DNA of 64,000 nucleotides from contig OY253688.1 of NCBI GenBank assembly GCA_958009085.1, positions 186,001-250,000 of the forward strand, written 5' to 3'. A program made the position numbers and the translations under genes. This DNA is from Protoeuglena noctilucae (Eukaryota). This document shows, one piece after another, positions 36,716 through 48,280 of this stretch. The notes under the pieces were generated by a model. That model was not told the DNA's origin. It saw only the letters and a program-made list of their open reading frames with translations, and searched no databases. Positions within the stretch are counted from its first letter, which is position 1. Every line of letters begins with the position of its first letter.

Positions 36716-39700
36716 ATGAACATGCAGTGTTTCGTGTCCCATTGGGTACCTGGAGCCAGCACGAGCGCGGGGTTGCGGAATCGTTCGCGCCCGGCGTCCG
36801 GATCCTTTGCTGCGGTGACGCGACCCGGCTCGTGCTCGCAAGCTGCGAAGGCCTTCTGCGGGAGGGACCCAAAGCTCCCTACCTTCACGAACCGTATCGG
36901 TAGCGACTCGCCGTCTCGGGGACGTCCCAACAGAGCTCTCAAGAAGTGGCTCGAGCAGGCGAGGACTTCATTGAACTGTGCGGGCAGCGCAGGGCCCGAG
37001 GGGAGACCGCGCGGCGTGTTTTCATAACCTGCTCCTCGGCTACTATGTCGTCATGCAGGTCGCACCGCCCGTCGCCGAGGCGGGGAGGGTCGTCTGGGAG
37101 GCAGGTGTGGGCCGTGGGGCGGTGGCCCACCCGCAGCAGGGCCCTGGGCCGGCCTGACCGCGACTTACCTAAATCCTCTCATTGCTCATGCAGTATGCAA
37201 GGCATGGCGGGCCCTGGTGGCCATGGTCCAGGCCTGCAACAGCGTGCAGGGGTACCGTCGTGCCGTGCGCAACGGAGCGCTCGCCCTGGGAGCCCTTCTG
37301 GCCGTGGCCCTCGCCGTGAATCACTGGGGCGTGAGGGAGGCTAACCGTGCCCTCCAGCAGCAGGTCGGGGCAGCGCGTGCCCCAAGAAAGGCCCCGAGGG
37401 ATGTCATTCCGTCCGCGCCCGCCACCGCTTGTTCTGGCCCCACCCGCAGGCTCTTCAGCCCCTCGCCACCTTGCTTGACCGCGACGTCAAGATCATGCGC
37501 GTCCGCCGCTTCAACATCCTGGGACTCGCCGGCGTCGGCCCTGTCGCTTCCGTGGAGGGAGTCCACGTGGGGCCGCGGCAGTCGGGCGCCGAGAGGAGCA
37601 GCATTAAGGCGAGGCTGTCCGGGAGGTGACACACGACGCATGGCTTCCTCTTTCCCCGCCTCACCTCGCCCTCCCCTCTCTGCAGGTCGCGACGGTCGAT
37701 GTGTGGGTCAGCCCCCTCGACTCGGTCTTGCGTGGCAAGGTGGCCCTCGGTGTGTCGCTCGCGCGGCCTGACGTCTCCCTGCACCAATGCGCCAACTTCT
37801 CATGGTTCGGGTACCCTCTGGGTGAGCCGGGGCGTGGGCACGCGGCCAGACATGGCCGGCCCTGCCGCATGTTAATGACTCTTCCAGCCTCGTCGTATCT
37901 GCCCGTCCCCGCAGACACGCCGGAGAACGCCCAGAACTTCGTCCCCGGCCTGTCGCAGCTGCAGCTGGCGGAGCGGCGCGAGAGCCACTCGGCTGCGTCG
38001 CCCTCCGGGGCTCCCCCGAGATCTTCAGCCCAGGCGGCAGTGGCTGCCGACGGTGGCAAGCCCGGGGGCCGCTTCCCAGCCTCCATCACAGGCGCGAGGC
38101 TGAGGGAGGCGAGGGAGGTGGCCCAGGTCAGCGACGCGCGGGGCCACGAGGGCGGGGGCCTGCTGTCAGGGATCACCAGGGCGGTGAGCGGGGCGTGGCA
38201 GTCGGTGTGGGGCGGGGACCGGGGGGATGCCGGGGCCGGGGCGGGGCGTCGCGAGGGGCCGCAGGCGGGGCCGGTGCGGCTGCCTGCGCCACGAGTGCGG
38301 AATGTGGCGCTCCACGTGAGCGCGGAGGACACGAAGGCGTTAGCGCGTCTGCGGGCGGGCCCGGGGGAAGGGCGACCGTCAACTGTGGAGCGGCAGGCCT
38401 CGCGGGCCGCGGTGCCGAAGTCCAAGGCCAAGTCGAAAGGCAAGGGGACCCGGGGGACGGGGAAAGGGGAGGGGACCGGGCGGGAGAAGGGCAAGGGGAG
38501 AGGCGTCAAGAAACGGCGGAAGGTGGCGCAGGGGCAGGAGGCGGGCGGAGAGAAGGAGGGTGCAGAAGCCATTGGGGCGGGTCAGGCGGTGGGGGCTGAC
38601 CATGGCACCCAGGGCCCTCACGTGCCCATAGAGGCACAGCGCGGGCAGGCGGCAGGGACCGAGACATCCGAGGGACCTGAGGATCTGCGATTGGAGAGCG
38701 GGGCGTTGACGAGCTCAGCCGGGGCAGGCGCGGTGGCGCAGGACACTTCACTGGCCATGCACGCCCCGGGCAGGGTGGCAGCGGGGGAGGAGGGGCCCGG
38801 GTCGGGGCTGGAAGCGAAGGCAGGATTGCAGGCCCAGGTGCCAGCGAGGGACAGCCACGTGGGTGTGACGGTGCCGATGGGCGAGGGGGCATCAGGGGAC
38901 CATGGGACAGTGTCCCAGGACAGCGGGGCCGAGGCGGCGCCAACGGGCGGGGATAATGCCTCTGAAAACAGTGGGAAGGGCGTGGAGGAGGCTGAAGAGA
39001 GAGCGATGGCCCGGGCGAGAGAGGGGGCCCTGCCGGCACCGGCACTGCCGACGCGAGAGGACATGGCGGCGGGGGTGCGGCGGCTGCCGGGCCTGGAGCG
39101 GGACGTGGTGGGTGCGGCGCAGCGGGTGCAGTCCGGTCTCGTGGCGCTGCAGTCGTGGCTGGAGGGGCGGTCGGGGGCGGGGGAGGAGGGCCAGGGGCAG
39201 GGCGGCGCGCTAGCTGCCAGGGCCGCTGGCTCGGGCGTGGCGCGCGGGGTACCCGGTCCCGCGGAGGAGCGGGCGCCTCGGGAGCGCCGGGCGGGGAGGG
39301 ACGTCACGGGGCCGGCGAGGGCGGCAACGCGGGCGCGGCCCTACCGAGCGCCGGCCCTGGCGCCCGTGTCCCCCTCGCCCCCGGCGTCGACCCCGGCGTC
39401 CCGGGCGGAGCACAGCGAGCCGAACGCCCTGCAGCGCGCGGCGATGGCGGTGGCAGGGTGGGTGGTGCAGCACGTGCCCCCGCCTGAGGTGGAGCTGGCG
39501 TTTGTGGAGATGCGAGACGGCACGGGCTACGTGTGGATTCACCAAGAGACGCTGCCGAGGATGCTCTACGACGTGCGGGGGCGCGTGTGGCTGGGGCCCA
39601 GGTGAGGCCCAGTGGCAGCTGGCGGCGCCGTGCGCTGTGGGGCAACCGCAGCGGTGACGCGCGTGCAGACACCTGCCGTGACGGTACGAACGGGGCTTTG

Positions 39701-42700
39701 CGCGCAGGTACCGCAGCTTGAGCGCCGACGTGCAGGCGCGCCCGGGCCGCCGCGACGACAGCCAGGTCAAGACGACCATGGTGATGCCGACGGCCAAGCG
39801 GCACCTGCGCTTCACGCTGCCCAAGGCCCGCGAGCATCACCTGCCCTTCCAGTTCCTCAAGGACCGGGACGGGCGCCCGCACGACGCCGTGCTGTCAGGT
39901 GACGGTGGCCAGCAGGCGCTGCCCTGCCGCACAGGGCGCCGAAGCTGTCAGGGGGGAGGATCGTTCGACGAGCCCACATAGCCCAGTTTGTTGTGTCGAA
40001 ACAGACCAGTGCGTGTCTCCTGCAGGGGATCCCCTGGCCGAGTACGACACCCTGTCGAGCCGCACACAAGCGCTCAAGCGGCAGTGGGGCCTGGCGGGGG
40101 ACGTGGACGCCCCCCGCGGGTCGACGCTGCGGGCCAAGGTCCGCTGCCGGAACATCGGCGTGCCTGGCCGCAGCCCTGACCTGACGGTGAAGCTGACGGC
40201 GTCAGACCTGCACGCCCCCATGGTCGAGCGGGTGCTGGAGCTGCCCATGGACGTGCACCGTGGCACCGTGGCGGGGGAGCTCGTCATCCGGGCCTTCGAC
40301 GAGGACACCTGGGCCTTCCCGCTCCTGGTGGGCCGCGTGCGCGTGCGCGAGTGCGACCTGCACTTCTGGGACGCGGCGGACGACATCTCGAGGTGTGACA
40401 TGGACCTGCTCTTCGAGGGCAAGCGGCTCTACTTCCACAACGCCCGGGGCTACTTCGGGGCCATCCCCGTCTACGTCACCGGCGACATGGACCTCAACCC
40501 AGAGACGGGACAGTACCGCATCTCGGCCGAGAGCCCCGGCGTGGAGCTCAACGCCCTGCGCTGCACCCTGGGCGTGCGGCCCACGCCCTTCCCCGCCGCC
40601 GGGGCCGCCAAGGGCATCCTGCACGTCACGGGCCCCCTCGAGAAGCCCATCTTCAGCGGCACGGTCATCGCCATGGCGCCCACGGCCGATATGCTGGCTT
40701 CCAGCCCCGAGTCTTGGGCGCAGGAGACCATGGAGGCCACGCCGGGGGCCGTGGCAGCCTATGACAAGGCGAGGGGCCGCGGGACCCGGGTACGCACTCC
40801 GCCTGGCTTGGCCACTCCCGCCGCAGTCTCTTCACCCCACATTCCCGCCCTCTCCGTCACGCAGGTCCCGCTGTCCCGCGCGAGCGTGGTCTTCACGCTG
40901 GACACCTCGTCCGAGATGCTCTACCTGCACGCGCTGCACCTGGAGCCCTGCGACGGGGGCTTCGTCAACGCCGCGGGCCGCCTGTGGGTGGCCCCAGAGG
41001 CGGAGGACCACCCGCAGGCGCTGCAGGTGCACGCGGAGGCCAACCACGTGCCGCTGGGGCCCCTCGCGCGGCGGTACCTGCCCCCCGGGGCGTCGCTGCC
41101 CCCCGCGCTGCACCTGGGTCTTGGCAACGCCAAGGTGGCGGCGCAGGGGTCGCACCTGGCCCCGGTGATCGAGGTGGACTGGGAGGCGCCCGGCCTGCAG
41201 GCGTCAGGGCGCGTGGCGCTCGACGCCAACCTGGCCCTGTTGCTGCGGTCGCCGGACCTGGACCTGGACGCGCACGCCGAGGCGGTCAAGGCGCCCAAGG
41301 AGGTGCAGCTGGCGGCCGTGACGCCCGAGGAGGCCTACTGGGCCGCGCAGCCCCTCTTCCGGGGCGTCTCTGTGCGGGCGCAGCTGAAAAACCTCGACCT
41401 GCTGCCCCTGGCGGCCGCGGCGCCCCCCTCGGCCCAGGACCGGCTGAAGGCGGTGCGGCTGCGGCTCAACGGGGCCGTGGCGGTGCAGGGGCAGGTGGCG
41501 TACGCGACCGAGGCGGGTGGGGCGCCCGTGCCGCACGAGGAGCTCCTGCGGCGGTCGCTGGGGATGGCGGACGGCGTGGCGGGGCAGCAGGACTACCGCC
41601 TGCCGGGGGCGCGGGGAGAGCCGCGGGGGAGCGCGCCGCGCTGGGCGGCCCTCCCCCGCGCGGTGGTGCCCGTGCTGTCGGGGCGCTGCGAGCTGCGGGG
41701 GCTCAAGCTCAACCAGATGGGCATCGCGCGCAACATGGCGGGAGACATGACGGCCTCGGCGCAGGGGTTTGCCCTGGCGGCGCAGGGGCACAGGCCCAGC
41801 GAGTCACTGCACGTGCAGCTGTCGACGATGCCCGCGCGCGCGGACAGCGCGGCGACGCCCGGCGAGGCGGGGGAAGGGGGGCCGGCAGCGGTGGGCGAGG
41901 AGGGCGACGGTGCGGGGGACAGAGCTGAGGAGGTGGAGGGGCCGGCGCCGGAGGAGTGCGGGCGCTTCCGTGTGCTGCGGGTGCCGGGGGCGCGGGTGAC
42001 GGGGACGGTGGTGGCCACGGCGCGGTTGCCGGGGGGTGCGACACAGGGCGCCCTCAAGGCCCCGGGGCAGCCCTCCGTGGCAGGGGCGCGGGGGTTGGGG
42101 GCGCGGGAGGAGGCGGGGGAGGGCGGCGGAGCTGCGTCGGGCGCCTCCGGTTCCCCTGCCACCCCCGCCGTGATGACGGGGGGCTCGTCGCTGAGCCTGG
42201 TGCAGGGCCCGATGCGGGTGGAGGTGGCGGTGAACGAGGCGGCGTCGCGCATCCGCCTCCAGGTGGAGAACCTGAGCCTCGACGAGCTGGAGCTGGGGTC
42301 GCTGCGTGGGCAGGTGCAGGAGCTGTCCTCGGACGTCAACTTTGAGGCCAAGGCGGGCCGGGGGACCCTAGTGGTGCAGCGGCCGCGCGTGAGCGGGCTG
42401 CAGGGGGAACAGCTGTCGGCGACGGCGCGGTGGGAGCGCAACATCGTGCGCCTGGAGCGCTCGGCACTCCAGCAGCGGCTGTCCCGGTACGAGGTCACGG
42501 GGGAGTACGTCATCCCCGCCGAGACGCCCCTGCCGGGGTCGGCGCTGGAGCTCAGCGCCACTGCCTCCGCCCTGGGAGCCGGCCCAGGCGCCGCCGCGCC
42601 TCCCTCGCCGCCCGCGCTGGGCCTGTGGCGGTGGCAGGTCAGCGTGCCCCGTGCCGAGCTGGAGGAGGTGCTGCCGGCGGCGCGGCTGCTGAGCCGGGCG

Positions 42701-45700
42701 GCGTCCGTGGCCCCCGCCGACTACGACCGGGCCAAGGCGGCCTTCATCGAGGGCATCTCCCGCGCGGGGGTGGCGGCCGAGGACGTGCGGGCGCAGCTGG
42801 AGGGGCTGGCCAGGCAGCGGACGGCGGCGGCCGAGCGGGGCCACGCCGCCGAGGCTGCTCCGGCCGGCGCGGGCAGGGAGGGCGCAGACGCGGCGCCGGG
42901 TGCCGGGGGTGGGCCGCTCCCAGCACTGCAGGTCAGTTGCTGATGAGATGAAGGCGCCTCACGTACGTGCCGGGTTAGGGTTAGGCGCTGTTGGCTAGCT
43001 TGGCTTTGTGGAGCGCATCGGCTCTGCTTTTGCGCCTGCAGGACCTGCGGGGCCACTGGCGGGGGCAGATCCAGGCGTACGGCGGCGGGGGTGGGGCGAG
43101 TGCCGTGGACTTTGACTTGGACGGCTCCGAGTGGCGGTGGGGGGAGTTTGCCATGGACAGCGCCACGGCACGCGGGCGCTTCCACACGATCGAGGGGTGG
43201 GAGATCGACGAGCTGGCGTTGAGTGCCGGGCGGGCCAGCTTCCGCCTGGGCGGCAACCTCCTGGGCCCGCGGCAGCAGGCGGAGTTCCACGTGAAGGAGT
43301 TCCCGGCCGAGTGGCTGCAGCCCATGATGCAGGCCCTGCCGCCCATGGTGGGCGCCGCGGGAGCACCGGCCCCGCGCCCGGCCATGGCGGGGCCGTCGCC
43401 GCCCCCCGACCGTGCCGGGGGACGCGAGCGGGAGCGGGGCCTCCTGGGCCAGCTGTACCCTCCGCAACTGCGCAATGCCGTCGACCGGCTGCCCTTCGTG
43501 GGCGGCGCCTCCACCCGCGTGGTCCCTGCCGGCCCCGTCAGTGGCCTCGTGTTCCTGGAGGGCAGGCTCAGTGGGTCCAAGGACGAGCCGCAGGCGAGGG
43601 TTGTGCGCGTGCCTCTCTTCTGCGCTGTAAGCACGGGATGCCCTTCTGCGCAGCGTCGTGCACGGGTGTTGCCAGCCCTGCCCGCTCCGACGCCGTGGCT
43701 CGCAGGGCAGCGTCCGCGTGCGTGTCTTGGACGGCAGCCTGGGTGGCGTGCTGCTGGAGCAGGCAGAGGCCACGGCGGACGTGGATGCCGACCAGCGCCT
43801 GCACTTCCGCGTCAAGGTGCTGCCCCTGGAGAGCCCGGGGCACCTCAAGGTCGAGGGGTCGCTGCCCATCCAGGAAAAGGCGAGCGAGCGCAGTAGACAG
43901 CGGGCGGGGCGATGCATTCAGCCCTTTCGCAGAGTCGGCCTCGCTGCCGCTGCTATGAGCATCTGGTCGCGCTTCTCACGTCTGCCCTGCGGGCCTGGGT
44001 CCCGCAGAAGCCCGAGGTGCCGGAGAGTCTGGTGCAGCGCCTGGCGGCCCCCGTGCAGCGCCTGGCGGGCCTGCCTGTGCGGGACCCGGACGCCCTGGAG
44101 GTGGAGGCGGGGGTGAAGGACTACGGGATGGCGCTGCTGACGGCGCTGGTGCCCGAGGTGTCGTGGCAGGGGGGCGGGGCGCAGGTGGTGCTGCACGTGC
44201 GGGGGACGATGCGGGCGCCCCTGGTCGAGGGGTTCGCGGACATTGAGCGCGGCAGCGTCAAGTGCTCGGTGGTCAAGGTGAGGCCTCTGCCGTGCGCGTC
44301 GCGAGCGCGCGGGCGTCTGTTCCCGGGCCCCAACGTCACTGGACATGCCACGTACGGCCGCAGGGTGACTTGGAGAACATCACGGCGTCCGTGTCCTTCC
44401 ACGACAGCGTGATTGACGTGCAGGAGTTGTCCCTGCAGACGGGCAGGGAGCCCGGCCGCTTCCTGCTCCCCAGCACGCAGCGGCGAGGCACCCTGACAGT
44501 GCGCGGGCGCCTCCCCCTCTTCAACCGCCCCCTGGGACCCACGATGCCCGTGGCACCCGACGTCATCCATGTCGACGTGCAGGACCTGCCGCTGACGGTG
44601 CGCAACCTGTACAGCGGCATGCTCGAGGCAGCCATCGACATCTCGGGGTCCGCGCAGGCCCCCGTGCTGGGCGGCAGCGTCAGGTGACGCTGGGAAGTCA
44701 CTGGTGGCCTGGATATTGCTTTGCAACCCAAGCGTTAACGCTTACCCACTGCACTGCACTTCCCACCTGTGTCGCAGGGCCACGCGCGGCACCCTCACGC
44801 TGTCTCCGCCGCCGTCGGGCAGCGGCGGTGCGTCCCCCGCACCCTCCCCTGACGCCTCCCTGCAGGCGGGGCTGGCCAGCATCTACACGAGCGCGAGGGA
44901 CCACCTCTCCGGCCGGGCCACGGAGCTCCTCAAGCAGGGGGCGCAAGGTGCTGACCGCTGGTGGCTGTTACGATGTGCATGCCCACGCTGGCCCGTGCGG
45001 CTCACGCTCAGCGTGCCCCCGTGCCTTCCCCGCAGAGGCCCCCGTGCACTGCAGTGGCCTGCGCATCCAGCTCGGCCCCGAGCTGACGGCGCAGTACCCC
45101 TTGGTGCTGCGCTTCCAGCTGGGCGGCGAGCTGGTGGTGCACGGCCCCGCCACGCCCGCGCAGCTGCGCCCCACGGGGACCATCTACTTGGACGGAGGGG
45201 AGGTGAACCTGGTGGCCACGCAGCTCAGCCTGGACCGGGACCATCCCAACCGCATCGTGTTCCTCGAGGAACAGGGCCTCGACCCCAACCTCGACATCTC
45301 CTTCCGGTGAGAAAGAGAGACCGTGAGCACAGGGGTGACATGACGGGTGCAAATGCGGGTGCGGTGGCGAGAGCGCTCCGCCTCTCGTGGCCGCAGCGGC
45401 GCGTCCAATCAACTCGTCTACACCATCCAGGGGCGGTCCAGTCGCTGGCAGGACTCGATCATCATCAACCGTGGCGGGGCCAGTGATGCGAACGACCGCC
45501 TGGACCCCAAGGAGGCCGCCCAGGTGAGGCGGGGCAGGTCAATTGGACAGAACCGACCTTCTTTCTTTGAGAATTAAGCAAGGGATTTTAAGAGACGATT
45601 TGTTGCAGACGAGTTGCCAACAGCGGGTGGGGGCATCCACACCTGCTTTCTAAAGGCAGCGCTGACGTTCCCGGGAATCCGTTGCCCCCAGGTGTTCGCC

Positions 45701-46156
45701 AAGCAGCTCGAGGCATCCTTCTTCCGCAACGACGGCCAGTTCACGCTCCCGTCCCTGGTCCCGACCGCCTACTCGGTCGCGCCGCGGATCGAGGTCCGGG
45801 GCGAGTGGGGCAAGACGCGGTACCGCTTCGTGTCCACGGCCTTCACGCCGTCGTGGTTCTCGCTCGACCCCAGCAGCGAGCACAGCGACGCCAAGCGCGG
45901 CTACTCCCCCATGGGCAGCCTCCTCAACGCCATCGGGGCCGAGGCCGAGATCCAGCTCGGCAAGTCCCTCCAGTTCACCCTCTCCCGCACCCCCAACGAG
46001 TCCCAGTCCAAGACGCAGTGGTCCTTCACGTGGAACTTCAACCCCAAGGTCCGCCTCCAGCTCAGCCAGGCCTGGGACAGCGTCCCCAAGGTACTCCTGG
46101 AGTACTCGGGGGACGGCAGCGCGCCCACCAGGGGAGGGACGGGCGCCATTCTGTAA
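36716..46156 (+). CDS. TIC236: TIC236/SSG4/EMB2410, a TamB-like chloroplast envelope translocon protein, about 17 exons
   Basis: Transit-peptide-like N-terminus and TM anchor, then QCANFSWFGYP, DLHAPMVERVLELPM, RLYFHNARGYFGAIPVYVTGDMDLNPETGQY, LDELELGSLRG, DLRGHWRG, VKDYGMALL and a DUF490-like C-terminus (GTIYLDGGEVNLVATQLSLDRDHPNRIVF...GLDPNLD). Splice phases are consistent by manual assembly. Confidence 0.9.
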
Positions 46157-46166
46157 ATCCCGGTGT

Positions 46167-46974
46167 TCAGTTGGCGCCCTGCGCCTGCGTCCAGATGTGG
46201 TCGGCTGCCGCACACACGCGCCGCACGTCCCGGCCCTCCATGTACCACTGCGGGAGACGGGGCGCTGCCGTCGCGTCGCTTTGAATGTCGTGTGTCGCGC
46301 AGTCAGGGCAGAGTCAGCGCCGCGTCCGTCAGCACCTTGACGGCGCCGTCGTGCAAGATGCACACGGCCGGCGCACGCGTGAAGGCGTACAGCTCGGCCA
46401 GGTCCGACAGCTCGTCGTATGCGTTCCTGATGTTGTGCTTCAGAAAGACTGGGCCCGATCCCGCAGCCCCTCGGCGCTTGCACACCGCCCTGCTCGTGGG
46501 TTCGAGGGCAGGTGGGGTCGCGTGCTGTGTCGCAGCGCTGCTCCCAGCCACTCCCCACCGCAGCTATTCGTCACCGTAGCTGCGCCTCGAGCTCCTTGCA
46601 CGCCCCGCATGCGTCGTTGTAAAGATCCACGACAAGCACGGAGCTCTCATTCCGCAGGTGGTCCAAATGGGCGGCGTCCCGGATTTCTCGCAGGCAGTCG
46701 ACGGAACAAGACCTGCGGGAGGTTCAAATTGACACATCTCAGCGTATGCAATGGATGCTACGGGCCCGCGTCGCTAAAACGGCACTTACGCGGCCTCCTC
46801 GTCCTCCTCGACCTTGCGCTGCTCTTGGCGCTGCCATGCGCGCTCCAGCGCCCCCCTTCGGTCGATGTGCAGTGCCGATACTCTCACATGCCGCGGTTGA
46901 ACCGCACCGGGGCCTCTTCGGAACGCCCCCCGCACGCATTTCCCCACAACAGCCGGGCATCGCAACCCAGACAT
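46167..46974 (-). CDS. Thioredoxin-like 4, chloroplastic-like (atypical CGAC active site)
   Basis: Spliced product contains CSVDCLREI...VLVVDLYNDACGACKELE...PVFLKHNIRNAYDELSDLAELY, resembling plant TrxL4. There are 3 GT-AG introns and a transit-peptide-like N-terminus. Confidence 0.8.
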
Positions 46975-47239
46975 GATGAACGAGCGGAGAGAGACTAGTT
47001 AGGCAAGAGATTATGTGACGACGTCACGGATATCAGGAGAGGGCTGGAGGAGGACGGCGGGGGCGTGTCACTCCGAGGTTGAGTCGGAACCAATCCGACA
47101 CTTGACAGTCGTCGCGTATTGAGTCATGATTGGCCCGTCAGAAAGATCGTCGAGTCCCTGGCGTCGGTGGCTCGTCTTTGTGGCCCCAGTTCACACCGCG
47201 GCGGGCGCGGTCTGCACGGAGCCCTGCCCTGGCGGGAGG

Positions 47240-48213
47240 ATGGCGGCGGGGTTGCAAGCCGCGGCCAGGAGTGGGGACTCAGAGGCATTGAGGGAGGCGC
47301 TCCGGGCGGAGGGGGTGGATATCGAGGAGCAGGATCAACATCAGCGACGAGCCATCCATCTTGCTGCGTGGTGCGCTTGCGCTGCGAGGGCGAAGCCGTC
47401 GTAGAAGCCGTCGAAGCGGCAGTTACATTCGTGGGCCTCTTCTCACGCCTTTTGCCCCGCCTCTCGCCAGGTCTGGTCACGTCGATGTAATCAAGCAGCT
47501 GGTGGACGCGGGATGCCAGGTGGACGCCCTCGCCATGGACGAGACGACGGCCCTGCACTTTGCTTGCATGAAGGGCCACGTGGAGGCCGCGAGGTGCGAG
47601 CCAGCCGCGCCTGACGGTCCCGCCGCGCGCTGATCTCGCGAATCAATATGCAAGCTACCCCCTGCCGTGGCGACGCGTGCGCAGGGCGCTCGTCAACGCC
47701 GGGATCGGCGTGAACAGGAAGAACCGGAAGGGGATGACTCCGCTGCATTTCGCGGCAAAGGGAAACTTTGCCTCCCTCGTGTCCTTCCTGCTGAAGCGCA
47801 AGGGGAACCCGTTGGCCCAGAACCGGGCGGGAAAGCTGCCATCAGAGCTGGCGACGGACGACGCCATCACGGCGGAGCTGCGGGAGGCCGAGGAAGCGGC
47901 GAGCGCGGTCCGGCGAGGCCCGGGTGCCGCGGGGGAAGCCGTCGTGCATGTCGAGCATGAGGAGGAGGAGGTTAGGGTGCCGGAGGACGCGGGCCCGGGC
48001 CGATCAGAGGGCACAGCTGCTGCCGAGGGCGAGCGCGGGAGCGTCACGCCAGGGGCCGGCGAGGGGGCCGGCGAGGGGGCCGGCGAGGGGGCGGACGCAG
48101 GGACTGGCGCTCTGTTCCGGAAGCGGAAGCGAGGCATTCAAGGCGGTGCGGGGGCACCTGAAGGCAAGCGACTGCTTGTGCCACCTGGGGCGCGCGTGCA
48201 GCCGCCGGGCTAA
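47240..48213 (+). CDS. Ankyrin-repeat protein
   Basis: Contains LQAAARSGD, AIHLAAWSGHVDVIKQLV, TALHFACMKGHVEAARALV and GMTPLHFAAKGNFASLVSFLL, followed by an acidic/Gly tail with GAGE repeats and RKRKR. The 3' end is uncertain. Confidence 0.85.
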
Positions 48214-48280
48214 GCACTCGCATGCACGACGTTGCTCTTTTCAACTCTGCCGAGTGTCGCATAGCGCGGCGGGCGCTACC

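Noticed and set aside
42972..42986. gggttagggttagg telomere-like motif in a TIC236 intron
   Set aside because: Only about two units are present, which is compatible with chance.
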